From a virus: a stretch of DNA of 64,000 nucleotides. The notes beneath the pieces are model-generated. The model was not told where the DNA came from, did no database searches, and saw only the letters and a program-made list of their open reading frames with translations. Positions 18,515 to 28,300 of this stretch are shown in pieces. Position 1 is the stretch's first letter; the number at the start of each line of letters is the position of its first letter. The position numbers and the translations under genes were made by a program. The stretch lies in IMG/VR virus record IMGVR_UViG_3300035169_000077, positions 1-64,000 of that record. One strand, 5' to 3'.

Positions 18515-19167
18515 GCCTCCCGCTCATCAGCGTCATCGTCCCCACGGTGCCCGGCCGCGAGGGCCACCTGAGCAGGTGCGTGCGCGCCTACACGACGCAG
18601 GCCCCCGGGAACTACGGCCTCGACCTCGTCATCGAGCACGACCATGCCACGGTCGGCCTCGGCTGGCAGGCCGGCGCGGGGAAGGCCCGCGGCGACTTCC
18701 TGCACCTGACCAACGACGACATCGAGCCGCGCCCCGGCTGGCATGCCCCGGCGATTGAGGCTATCGAGCAGGGATTCCTGCCCGCCCCGCAGGTTTACGG
18801 GCCGGACGGCGATCCGCAGTCGTGGCCCGAGCCGGGGAAGGCCGGAGCCGACTGGGCACCGGTGCCCATGTCGAGCCTGCCTTTCATGTCCCGTGCCCAG
18901 TGGGAGCGCATAACCCCGCTGCTGACCTCGCACTACTACAGCGATGACTTCATCAGCTGGCGCGGCCGGCTTGCCGGGTGGCCGCCCGCTCTGCGCTCCG
19001 GGTATGCGTTCACCCACCACTGGGCGCAGGTGCGGCGCGGCGCGGGGATGACCGAGCAGGAACGGATGCGCCACGACCGGGGCCTGTACGACGAGGCCAT
19101 CCGGAGGGCCGCACGGGGCGAGTGGACGGTGCCGTGGCCGGCTAGCGGCAGCGGCATCCCGGCTTGA
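18511..19167 (+). CDS. glycosyltransferase family 2
   Basis: ISVIVPT, ARGDFLHLTNDD, YYSDD. Confidence 0.85.
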   Translation: MSLPLISVIVPTVPGREGHLSRCVRAYTTQAPGNYGLDLVIEHDHATVGLGWQAGAGKARGDFLHLTNDDIEPRPGWHAPAIEAIEQGFLPAPQVYGPDGDPQSWPEPGKAGADWAPVPMSSLPFMSRAQWERITPLLTSHYYSDDFISWRGRLAGWPPALRSGYAFTHHWAQVRRGAGMTEQERMRHDRGLYDEAIRRAARGEWTVPWPASGSGIPA

Positions 19168-19366
19168 CGTGGACGATGAACCCGGCCTCGGCCAGGTAGC
19201 AGCGGCTGGCGCGCGGGATGGCATCGCGGAGCGGCTTCCACGGCGACGGCTTGGGCCATGCCGGCAGGACCACGTCATAGCCGAGGAGCAGGGCCGCCAG
19301 CAGCTCCGGGGGCAGCAGCGGCGCTGACGGCTCCAGGTCGTAGGCGAAAAGGCCGGTCTCGGTCAC
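19142..19366 (-). CDS. hypothetical antisense moron
   Basis: GTG 19366 lies 6 nt after GATGAT. Confidence 0.5.
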   Translation of the reverse strand: MTETGLFAYDLEPSAPLLPPELLAALLLGYDVVLPAWPKPSPWKPLRDAIPRASRCYLAEAGFIVHVKPGCRCR

Positions 19367-19407
19367 CCGCTCATCATCGCGCAAGCGGCGAGGGGGATGA
19401 GCGCCTC

Positions 19408-20382
19408 GTGGCAACCCCGTACTGCACGCCGCAGACCGCCACTAACGCGCCAACGGGCGTCAGCTGGTCCCTGATCCCGGATCCGGACAGCGACGAGTCG
19501 GCGCAGCAGGCGGCACTTACCGATGTCTGCTGGCGTGCCACGTCGCGCCTTGACACCTGGTGCAACCAGGTCATCCGCGCCACGGCGGACACCGAGTACC
19601 TCAATGGCCCCGGCCAGCCCCGGTGCAACGTAGACCGGGACACGGGCAACGGCGTGCTGCAGATGCGCCGCTGGCCGGTGACGGAAGTGCTGGCGATCCA
19701 GGTCTCGCCCGCGCGGTCGTTCCCCCGCGTGTGGACGCCCGTCACGGCGGGGCAGTGGGACATCCGGCACCCGCTCATCTACAGCGGCGACTCGGCGAGC
19801 GCGACCGCCCCTGATGGCGGCTGGACGATCGACGTGGCCCCCGGCTGGATCTCGTGGTGCGGCCAGGGGCGGGGCGCTAACGGCGCCTGGAGCGGCGGGG
19901 GAGGCCGCGGCGGCCAGCGCGTCCAGGTGTCCTACATCAACGGGTGGCCGCACACGAGCCTCACGCAGGCAGCGCTAGCCGGGGCGACCGTCCTCCACGT
20001 GGATGACGTGACCGGCTGGGCGGGAGCGTCAGGCTTCGGCTACGACGGCTCGGCGACGGAGTCCCTTGCCGTTGCCTCCGTGGCGGCGACCAGCCCGTTT
20101 GCCCTCCCGAACGGCGCGGGCACCGCGCAGGCGGGCCCGGGGACGATCACCCTCACCGCGGGCCTGAAGTTCACGCACCAGCAGGGGACGCTGGTCTCCG
20201 CGCTCCCGGCAGTGCTCATTGAGGCAGCGATCTACGCCGCCTGCCTGCAGGCCCTCGATGCCGGAATCGACGCGATCGCCGTCCAGTCGCTGTCCGGCGA
20301 GCGGGTGTCGTCCGGTGAGGCGTCCAAGGACATCGCCACGGAAATGGAACTGATCCTCTCCTACTTCAAGCGGCATATCTGA
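19408..20382 (+). CDS. head-to-tail adaptor/connector
   Basis: TPYCT start, RATSRLDTWC, RWPVTEV, VSYINGW, LPAVLIEAA, L..FKR pattern; position. Confidence 0.7.
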   Translation: MATPYCTPQTATNAPTGVSWSLIPDPDSDESAQQAALTDVCWRATSRLDTWCNQVIRATADTEYLNGPGQPRCNVDRDTGNGVLQMRRWPVTEVLAIQVSPARSFPRVWTPVTAGQWDIRHPLIYSGDSASATAPDGGWTIDVAPGWISWCGQGRGANGAWSGGGGRGGQRVQVSYINGWPHTSLTQAALAGATVLHVDDVTGWAGASGFGYDGSATESLAVASVAATSPFALPNGAGTAQAGPGTITLTAGLKFTHQQGTLVSALPAVLIEAAIYAACLQALDAGIDAIAVQSLSGERVSSGEASKDIATEMELILSYFKRHI

Positions 20383-20401
20383 CCAGGCAGGAGGCCCTCT
20401 G

Positions 20402-20545
20402 ATGGCAGGCCCGTTCCAGCGCTACATCCCCTCCGGCGCCCGTGCGGCGGCGGCGGCGAAGCGGAAGCCGAGGAAGCCCAAGGACGTGCGCGTGAGCCAC
20501 GGCGGCCACAAGAGGCGCACCGTCAACGCGCCAAAGGCCTGGTAG
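20402..20545 (+). CDS. 47-aa basic microprotein (not in the ORF track)
   Basis: CAGGAGG RBS; MAGPFQRYIPSGARAAAAAKRKPRKPKDVRVSHGGHKRRTVNAPKAW; stop overlaps the next start. Confidence 0.6.
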   Translation: MAGPFQRYIPSGARAAAAAKRKPRKPKDVRVSHGGHKRRTVNAPKAW

Positions 20546-21045
20546 TGCTCGACTCGGTTCAGCGCTTCTGCCGGGACATCGCGGCTACCACCGTGCTCCC
20601 GGCCGGCCTCGGTGAGGTCGTGGCCAGGATCACGCCGCCGGTCGTCGAGAAGATGAGCTCCCCCCGCGTCCACGTGTGGGGCGGCCGGCTTGCGGGCGCA
20701 CGGCAGACGGCCCCTCGCGGGCCGGGGATGATGAAGCTCACCTGGGTAATCGACGTCTTCGTCTCCTCGCTCGACACGCCGGACAACGCCCTGGAGAACG
20801 AGCCTTTCCCGAAGATCGTCGACGCGGTGCTGAAGACTTTCATCACCGCCGTCATGCCCGTGTGGATCGACGAGAACGGCAAGCCGGTCGGGCCGAACCA
20901 GGGCAGCAAGACGGACACGCAGATCCAGGCGGTGGCCGAGTCGTTCACCGGCGACTACCCGGCCGAGCGCTCCGTGGCCGGCCCGAGGATGCTCTGGTAC
21001 GTCCAGCAGTTCGGGATCAACGTCGTGGAGGTGATCCAGGCGTGA
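20545..21045 (+). CDS. putative tail terminator/neck protein
   Basis: Size and position. Confidence 0.5.
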   Translation: MLDSVQRFCRDIAATTVLPAGLGEVVARITPPVVEKMSSPRVHVWGGRLAGARQTAPRGPGMMKLTWVIDVFVSSLDTPDNALENEPFPKIVDAVLKTFITAVMPVWIDENGKPVGPNQGSKTDTQIQAVAESFTGDYPAERSVAGPRMLWYVQQFGINVVEVIQA

Positions 21046-21491
21046 GCCTCACCATGACCGTCTCCCGTCCCGCAGCCAGCCCGTTCGCCCGGTTCAACTG
21101 GCAAGAGGCGTCCCGCGTGTGGGGGGATGAGGCTGCCCCGCTCGGCCAGTCGATGCTCCGCTCCCACGCCCCGTTCCGCACCGGGGCGCTCCGGCAGGAC
21201 ATCCGCTACCGGCAGGAAACCACTCCGGGCCTGCACCTGATCGTGTTCTACGCGACGGTGCCGCAGGCCAAGTGGGTCATCGACGGCACGCGCCCTCATC
21301 CGATCGTGGCGAGGAACGCGAAGGTGCTGCGGTGGCTCGGCCCCGGAGGCCTCGGCGGGGCGCGGTTCGCCAAGAGCGTCAACCACCCCGGCACCAAGCC
21401 CAACCCGTTCCCGGAGAAGGCCATCAAGCCGATCGGGCAGGCGATCTCCGCGATGTTCGCGAGGGCGGTTGAGGAGTCGATGCACCTGTGA
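21042..21491 (+). CDS. HK97 gp10-like neck protein
   Basis: APFRTGALR..I, V.DGTRPH.I, VNHPGTKPNPF. Confidence 0.8.
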   Translation: MSLTMTVSRPAASPFARFNWQEASRVWGDEAAPLGQSMLRSHAPFRTGALRQDIRYRQETTPGLHLIVFYATVPQAKWVIDGTRPHPIVARNAKVLRWLGPGGLGGARFAKSVNHPGTKPNPFPEKAIKPIGQAISAMFARAVEESMHL

Positions 21492-21793
21492 CCGTTCACC
21501 AGCTGAGGTACACCGGCTATCAGGCCGTGACGTTCCAGGAGCCGGGCGTCGGCTACGTGGAACCCAACGGGGAGTTCTCCGTGGACGAGTCCCGGCTGCG
21601 CGGGTTCATGCGCCGTGCGGACATCGAGCACGCCGGGGAGTGCCCGGCGCCCCCGTGCAAGTGCGGCGAGGAGCCGGAGGCGAGCGACGACAAGAGCGCA
21701 CGCCAGGACGGCGACACCAGCGGCGGCACCCGGTCAGGCAGGCGCGGGCGCGCTGGCTCGCCGAGCGGGAAGAACGGCACCGGAGAGCAGTAA
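21488..21793 (+). CDS. hypothetical protein
   Basis: GAGGAG RBS, GTGA coupling. Confidence 0.55.
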   Translation: MTVHQLRYTGYQAVTFQEPGVGYVEPNGEFSVDESRLRGFMRRADIEHAGECPAPPCKCGEEPEASDDKSARQDGDTSGGTRSGRRGRAGSPSGKNGTGEQ

Positions 21794-22125
21794 GTCCCGA
21801 ACGTTGGCAGCCTCTCAGCCGGGGTGCGCACGTCCACCAGGCGCGGGCGGGGAAGCGCGGGCAGCCACCCCGGAGGGCCGAGGCCTCCGGGCATTGACCC
21901 CACGACCGTCTCCCCGCTGAGGACCGCCTCCATGTCAGCAGGCCCTTGCCAGCCGCCTGGCGGCTCGTGCTCGTCCCCGCGAGGGCCGCGCTCGTCGCAC
22001 GGGCAGTCAAGGCAGACGCAGAAGCCAGCGCCCCGCATGATGCACTGATCGCAGGCGCACACGCAGAACCCGTCATCGTTGAAGTGCGGCACCGAGTGAG
22101 GCCCTGGAACGCCAACGTTGCTCAC
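21553..22125 (-). CDS. Cys-rich hypothetical protein
   Basis: CVCAC..C......CVC..C.C; coupled to the upstream gene; long convergent overlap makes the 3' part doubtful. Confidence 0.4.
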   Translation of the reverse strand: MSNVGVPGPHSVPHFNDDGFCVCACDQCIMRGAGFCVCLDCPCDERGPRGDEHEPPGGWQGPADMEAVLSGETVVGSMPGGLGPPGWLPALPRPRLVDVRTPAERLPTFGTYCSPVPFFPLGEPARPRLPDRVPPLVSPSWRALLSSLASGSSPHLHGGAGHSPACSMSARRMNPRSRDSSTENSPLGST

Positions 22126-22475
22126 GGCTTCTGCCTGTCCCGCTCTTCCTCTTCGTCCCATGCCTCCGGGGACTCCGCGCTCGCCTTCAGCGTGGCGAAC
22201 TGGTCATCGGTCAGCGGCTCGCCGTCGACCGTGAGGTACCGGAACTCGAGCGCGCCGCTCTCAACGCCCTCATGGTGCCCCTCGCCGCAACTGCCCATGC
22301 TCGGCCCTCGCCTCGCCAGCGGGTCAAGGGCGGCACGGAACACGAGCCTGCCGTCCTCCACCGTCCACGTGCCGGAAAGCGCCGTGGTGAACCGGCACCC
22401 GCCGCAGGTAGCCAGCGGGCTCTCGATCTCCAGCGTCTGACGGTAGTGCTTGCGCCAGTCCCACTTGGCTGTCAC
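22122..22475 (-). CDS. hypothetical protein
   Basis: GTGA-coupled chain. Confidence 0.55.
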   Translation of the reverse strand: MTAKWDWRKHYRQTLEIESPLATCGGCRFTTALSGTWTVEDGRLVFRAALDPLARRGPSMGSCGEGHHEGVESGALEFRYLTVDGEPLTDDQFATLKASAESPEAWDEEEERDRQKP

Positions 22476-22840
22476 GGCATCAGCAGGTCCAGCGTGACCC
22501 GCCCTTCCATCCGGCAGAACTCCTGGCCGCCGTCCATGCGGTGCTGGACCTCGCCCGCGATGAAGACCTGCGGATGCCGCTGCCAGCGCGCCCCGGCCGT
22601 CTCAAGGAGCGCGATCACCGCTTCAAGGGAGTCCAGGTAGGCCCTGCGCAGGGCTACCGGGCCGAGCGCCGCCGCCTCCGGTCCCGGCCACGGCGCGAGC
22701 GCCCCCTCGATCTGGAGCGTCATGTTCCACCCGTCGGCGAGCACGGAATCCACGCGCAGGTAACGGCCGAGCAGCGCGCTCCATGCCCCGGGTGCCGCCG
22801 GCTTCTCCGGCAGCGACGACCGAACCTCGATCTCGCTCAC
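22472..22840 (-). CDS. hypothetical protein
   Basis: GTGA-coupled chain. Confidence 0.55.
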   Translation of the reverse strand: MSEIEVRSSLPEKPAAPGAWSALLGRYLRVDSVLADGWNMTLQIEGALAPWPGPEAAALGPVALRRAYLDSLEAVIALLETAGARWQRHPQVFIAGEVQHRMDGGQEFCRMEGRVTLDLLMP

Positions 22841-23574
22841 AACGCCCACTCGTCCTTCCTGAACTCCGGGTGATCAGCCCACGCCGCGACCGCCGCACGC
22901 GCCACCCGGCACGGCCACGCGACCGGGATCGCTATCCCGAACTCGTGCGCCCCCTCATCGTCCTGCCAGTTGACGCAGGTGCGGCAGCACAGGCCGTACA
23001 TCGTCTCAACGGGGGCGTGGTCTGACTCCTGACTGCCGATGACCGCCCTCGCGGCCGCCAGTTCCCGCCGCGCGCGGGCCGTGTCGTATATGGCGAGCAC
23101 CGAGTAAGGGCGGGGGACTTCCTCGCCCATCGCCACCCACCCGTCATCGCCCCATTCCGCCGCGACGGTGGTGTAGAGCATCTGCCCCGCCTCGTCCTTG
23201 AGGGTGAGCCACGCCACCCGGTGCGCATCCCCGGTCGCCCGCACGCGCTCCTCGTCCTCGGCCAGCCGTGCGGCAGCGAACGCGACCAGCGGGTCATCGG
23301 CCAGCGTCGGCATGCGCTCAAAGCGCGGCGGCCTGCCCCCGGCGATCGTGGCCAGGATCGGCCGCCTGCCGTCTGCCTCGACGTCAACCAGCAGCCTGCC
23401 GTTCGGGGACACGCCGGTTACGGACGGCCACGGCTGGCCGCTCAGCGACGGCAGCAGCCCTGACTTCATCTCCACCGAGGCCTTCGCCGGCCAGTCGGCG
23501 GCGAACGTCCTGACCGTCCCGCCGGCACTGGTGACGGTCACCTCAACACGCGCGAACCGCGCCTCTTCGTCCAC
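22837..23574 (-). CDS. DUF6221-like protein with N-terminal extension
   Basis: LVAF..ARLAEDE...AR..RE..A.R...C..C...WPC......WADHP.F...W; leaderless, GATACT+6 nt. Confidence 0.65.
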   Translation of the reverse strand: MDEEARFARVEVTVTSAGGTVRTFAADWPAKASVEMKSGLLPSLSGQPWPSVTGVSPNGRLLVDVEADGRRPILATIAGGRPPRFERMPTLADDPLVAFAAARLAEDEERVRATGDAHRVAWLTLKDEAGQMLYTTVAAEWGDDGWVAMGEEVPRPYSVLAIYDTARARRELAAARAVIGSQESDHAPVETMYGLCCRTCVNWQDDEGAHEFGIAIPVAWPCRVARAAVAAWADHPEFRKDEWAL

Positions 23575-23615
23575 CCGCCCAGTATCCCGCCGTGCGCGGA
23601 GACAGGAGGCCGGCC

Positions 23616-24593
23616 TTGCCGTTCCCTACCGTAACCGAGCGGACCGGGGCACTCTCCGCCACGGGACTAGCCAAGGAGACCTCCTTCGGGGTCCCTGTCA
23701 GTGCGAGCACGTTCCTGCCCATGACCGGGAACACGATGGAGGCCGACCCCGGCTGGTTCTCCCCCCCGGTGATGATGGGCGTCCGGGACAAGCAAGTGTT
23801 CAACATGTACGGGGAGGCGAAGTTCGCCGGGGCGATCGACGGGCCGCTGTTCCCGTCCAACGCGATCGAGCTGCTCGTCGCGTCCATCGGCACCGACGCC
23901 GTGGCCGGCACGGTGGCCCCTTACACGCACACGATCAGCCAGGCGAACACGCTTCCGAGCCTGACCGTGGAGAAGAACCTCGGCGGCTTCCAGTCGCTCC
24001 AGTTCGCCGGCTGCCGGGTCAACAAGCTGGACATCAAGGCCCCGGTGGGCAACCAGCCGGTCGCGATCACGGCGGACATGATGGGCCAGTCCGTCCTGGT
24101 CCTCAACAGCCCCACGGCGGTCTCGGTCACCAACGAGATCCCGTTCGTTTTCGCCGAGGCCAGCGTCACCCTGATGACCCACGCCCGCGCCGACGTCAGC
24201 AACGTGCAGCTCACCATCGAGAACGGCGTCAAGGAGACCTACACCTACTCGGGGAGCCACGGGCCGAGCTACCTCACCCCGGTCACCGTCCACGTCTCCG
24301 GCACCATCGACGTCGTCTGGTCATCGCTGAACGACTCCACCTACGGCGACTTCAACACGATGGAGAACGGCACCCTCGGCGCCCTAGTAGTCGCGTTCGC
24401 CCACCCGGGCGGAGGCGGGTACTCCGTGACCCTGAACTGCCCGCAGGTGGCGCTGACCAAATTCGGCAGCACGGTCCAGGAGGAAGACGTGATCATGTCG
24501 AGCTTCACGTTCGAGAGCAGCAAACCCCTCACGGGCGGCAGCCAGTACTCCATTCAGGCCGTCGTGCTTAACGGGGTCAGCGCTGCCTACTGA
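23616..24593 (+). CDS. major tail (tube) protein
   Basis: CAGGAGG RBS and TTG; GLAKETSFG, YTHT, LPSLTVEK, GCRVNKL, LTIENG. Confidence 0.85.
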   Translation: MPFPTVTERTGALSATGLAKETSFGVPVSASTFLPMTGNTMEADPGWFSPPVMMGVRDKQVFNMYGEAKFAGAIDGPLFPSNAIELLVASIGTDAVAGTVAPYTHTISQANTLPSLTVEKNLGGFQSLQFAGCRVNKLDIKAPVGNQPVAITADMMGQSVLVLNSPTAVSVTNEIPFVFAEASVTLMTHARADVSNVQLTIENGVKETYTYSGSHGPSYLTPVTVHVSGTIDVVWSSLNDSTYGDFNTMENGTLGALVVAFAHPGGGGYSVTLNCPQVALTKFGSTVQEEDVIMSSFTFESSKPLTGGSQYSIQAVVLNGVSAAY

Positions 24594-24689
24594 GCCGTGC
24601 CCGTGCCCCTTTACGCAATCCTGCACGACGTCGTTATCGCCGCCGTGGCGATCGCGCTTTACCGCTCCCTTACCGCGAAACGGAGATCA

Positions 24690-25178
24690 ATGCCCGGCTT
24701 TCTTGAGGCGTCCGGCTACGAGGGCACTCAGCGGATCGACCTCGGCAACGGCTACTGGGCCGACGTCAAGAAGTGCCTCACGACCGAGGAGAAGGCCCGC
24801 GTCGATGACCTGCTCGGCGGCAAGCAGCAGGTCGACGTCAGCGCGCAACGGCAGCTCGCCACCCTCGACTACAGCGCCATGCGCGCCGAGATGGTCGTCC
24901 AGTCCCTCGTCGCCTGGAACATCGACGACGAGAAGGGCGACACGTGGCCGCTGCTCCCCGAGGCCCCGCCGCCCGGCAGGCCGTACCCCGCTAACTCGGT
25001 GCGGCGCATCTCGGTCGCCCGCCTGCCGTCTCCGGTGTTCGACCAGATCTACCTGGTGTGCGACGAGCTGAACTCGCCGCGCAAGGGCGCTGATGCGGTG
25101 ACGTTTCCTGACGGGCCTGTCGGCGGCGATCAGGATGGGGACCCCGGGGCCGCCGGTCCTGGACCAGTTCCTGACTGA
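24690..25178 (+). CDS. tail assembly chaperone (G)
   Basis: Between MTP and TMP; LVAWNIDDE.G motif; GGAG RBS. Confidence 0.8.
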   Translation: MPGFLEASGYEGTQRIDLGNGYWADVKKCLTTEEKARVDDLLGGKQQVDVSAQRQLATLDYSAMRAEMVVQSLVAWNIDDEKGDTWPLLPEAPPPGRPYPANSVRRISVARLPSPVFDQIYLVCDELNSPRKGADAVTFPDGPVGGDQDGDPGAAGPGPVPD

Positions 25179-25314
25179 GCGGGAGCTCTGGCAGCAGCTA
25201 GGCCTCACCAGGGAGGAAGCCCGGAAGCGGCCTCACCGCGAGATCGCCGACTACAAGCGGATCATCTCGATGATCCGCCGCGAGGAAGCCGCGCAGGCCA
25301 GCAGGCGCCGCTAG
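25105..25314 (+). CDS. tail assembly chaperone GT extension (+1 frame)
   Basis: Open +1 frame FLTGLSAAIRMGTPGPPVLDQFLTERELWQQLGLTREEARKRPHREIADYKRIISMIRREEAAQASRRR ending just before the TMP. Confidence 0.65.
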   Translation, partial: FLTGLSAAIRMGTPGPPVLDQFLTERELWQQLGLTREEARKRPHREIADYKRIISMIRREEAAQASRRR

Positions 25315-25334
25315 GGCGGGACGGGGGTTCCCCC

Positions 25335-28300
25335 GTGTCCGCTGAGTCGTTCACCGTCCTGGCGATCCTGGAAGCCAGGGACCGCGCCAGCGAGATCTTC
25401 GCCAAGGTCGACGAGTCCCTCGACAAGTTCAGCGAGACCGCGACCAAGGCCGGGGAGACCGCCAAGGTAGCGGGGACCTCGATCGACGAGTCGCTCCTGA
25501 AGACCGCCTCCGGCGCTGACGCCCTGGACGTCGCCTCAGCCCGGGTCGCCGGGGCGCAGGAGAAGGCCACCCGGTCGGCCGAAGCGCAGGCCGAGGCCGA
25601 GAAGAACCTCGTTGAGGTCCACAAGGCCTCAGCCGCAGCCGCCGATGACGACGTCGCCGCCCAGTACCGGCTCATGGAAGCCGACCAGAAGATGACCCTC
25701 GCGGCCAGGGAGAACGCCAAGGCGCAGAAAGAGCTGAGCAGCGCCCAGAAACTCCAGGCCGACACCGCGGCAGCAGCAGCGGCTAAGGACAACCTCGCGG
25801 CGGCCGGGCAGAAGAAGGTCAGCGACTCGGCCAAGTCGAGCGCGATCGGCCTCGGCACTGTCGGGAAGGTCGCCGGGGTCACGGCCCTCGCCATGGGCGT
25901 CGCCGGGGCGCTGATGGTCAAGGCGGCAGGCAACTTCCAGGACTCGACCACCCACCTCGTGACCGACGCGGGCGAGTCCGCGAAGAACCTGGGCATGGTG
26001 CAGGCCGGGATCCTGCAGGTCTCCACCGCGACCGGGACCTCAGCCGCGAGCATCACGGACGCGATGTACCACATCGAGTCCGGCGGCTTCCACGCGGCGA
26101 GCGGCCTGGCGCTGCTGAAGACCGCCGCTGAGGGCGCGCGAGTCGGCGGGGCCGACCTGGACACGGTCAGCAAGACCCTGGTCTCCACGATGAACGCCTA
26201 CGGGCTGTCGAGCAAGAACGCCACGGTCCAGCAGCAGATGGCCACCGGCGTCATGAACCAGCTCATCGCGACCGTGTCTCGCGGTGACATGCGGATGCAG
26301 GATCTCGCGTCGTCGCTGTCGTCAGTGGCGCCCCTGGCCGCAGCGGCGCATATCCAGTTCTCGCAGGTCGGCGGCGCTATCGCGACGATGACCGCGCAGG
26401 GCATGACCGCCCAGCAGGCCACCCAGGACCTGAGCAACACCATCCGGAACCTCAGCAACCCGAACAACGTGGCGATCGCCGAGATGAACCAGCTCGGGAT
26501 CAGCAGCAACGACGTCGCCCAGCACCTCGGGCAGCGGGGCCTGACGGGGACGATCGGGATCCTGACTAAGGCGATCTTGGACCACATGGGCAAGTCGGGC
26601 CAGGTCATGATGTCCGCCTTCACCCAGAGCACGACGGCCGGCCAGGACCTGCAGGTGATGCTGCAGTCGATGCCCGCCCCGTTCAGGGCCATGGCCCAGG
26701 GGTTCGCGGCCGGCAAGGTGTCGGCTGCCGACTGGGCCAAGGAGCTGAAGGCCCAGACCCCGGTCAACGCCCACCTGATGAGCCAGTTCGCCACCCTGTA
26801 CGAGAAGTCGCACTCGTTCAACTCGATCCTCGCCAAGGGCGGCCCGGCAGCCCAGACTTACACTGCGGCGCTGGCGAAAATGATGGGCGGCGCTACCGGC
26901 CTCAACACCGCGCTGATGCTGACCGGGAAGAACGCCTCGGTGTTCGCCGGGAACGCAGCCGCGATCGCCGCAGCCGCGAAGAAGGGCGGCACGGAGGTCG
27001 ACAACTGGTCGACGATCCAGGGAACGTTCAATTTCAAGCTAGCGAGCGCCAAGACCGCGGCCGAGAACACCGGGATCGCGATCGGGTCTGCGCTCCTCCC
27101 GGCGGCGACGGCGCTCCTGTCGGCGATCACCAGCATCGTGGAGCCGATTGCCGAGTGGACCGCGAAGCACAAGACCCTCACTGAGGTCCTGTTCGCCGGG
27201 GTAGCGGCGCTCGCCGCGACCGTCGCGATACTCATCGGGCTGAAGAAGGCGTACGACGCCGTCAAGACCGCGGTCACCGTCGTCACGGACACCTACAAGG
27301 CAGTAGAGAAGTGGGCGACCCGGGCTGCGGCGACCCAGGAGGCCGCAGCCGGGGAAGCTGCTGTCGCGCAGGAGACCGCGGCCGAGGAGTCGGCGACCGC
27401 GCAGGAGGGAAGCGCGCTCCGCTCGTCAGCGGCATGGGTGGCGTCCGGTGCCCGCGCTGTAGCCTCAGCGGTCGCCAGTGCCGCAACGACTGCTGCCGCA
27501 TGGGCTGCCTCAGCCGCCTCCGGGGTCGCCTCCGCCGCCGTGTGGGTAGCCGGCGCGATAGCCAAGGTGGCCATCATGGTGGCCGCGAACGTAGCGGGCG
27601 CGGCCGTGACCATGGCCGCCTGGATCGTGGCGAACGCGGCCATGCTGCTCGGGATCGGCCTGCTCATCGCCGTCGTGGTCGCCGCCGTGATCCTGATCGT
27701 GAAGAACTGGTCGAAGATCTCGGCCTTCGCCAAGAAGGCGTTCGATGACGTGGTCGACGCGGTGAAGGTCGCGATCAACTGGGTGAAGTCCCACTGGCCG
27801 CTCTTGCTCGCGATCCTGACCGGGCCGATCGGCCTGGCCGTCTACGCGATCATCAAGTACTGGCACGACATCACCGCCGGGATCGCCGCGGTCGTCAACT
27901 GGGTCAAGTCCCACTGGCCGCTCCTGCTGGCGATCATCACCGGGCCGATCGGCCTGGCGACCCTGTTCGTGGTCCGCCACTGGGACCAGATCGTGGGCGG
28001 CGCCCGGTCGATGATCGGCGATGTCACCGGGTTCTTCACCTCCCTCCCGGGCCGCATCCTGCATGCGCTCGGCGACCTCGGCAACCTGCTGTACGGGGCA
28101 GGCGGGCGGATCGTGCAAGGCCTGATCAACGGCGTCATGTCGATGGTCGGCGCCCTGGCTAACACGGTGAGCAGCGTCGTTAACACGATCAAGTCGTACT
28201 TGCCGTTCTCCCCGGCGAAGAAAGGCCCGCTGTCCGGGTCGGGCGCACCTCGCAACTCGGGCCTGTCGATCGGCCGGCAACTCGCCGAGGGACTCGCCGC

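Noticed and set aside
27775-27962. Near-identical direct repeat (NWVKSHWPLLLAI.TGPIGLA twice) as a CRISPR or DGR repeat
   Set aside because: Ordinary in-frame tape-measure repeats; no spacer array or cas genes seen anywhere in the window
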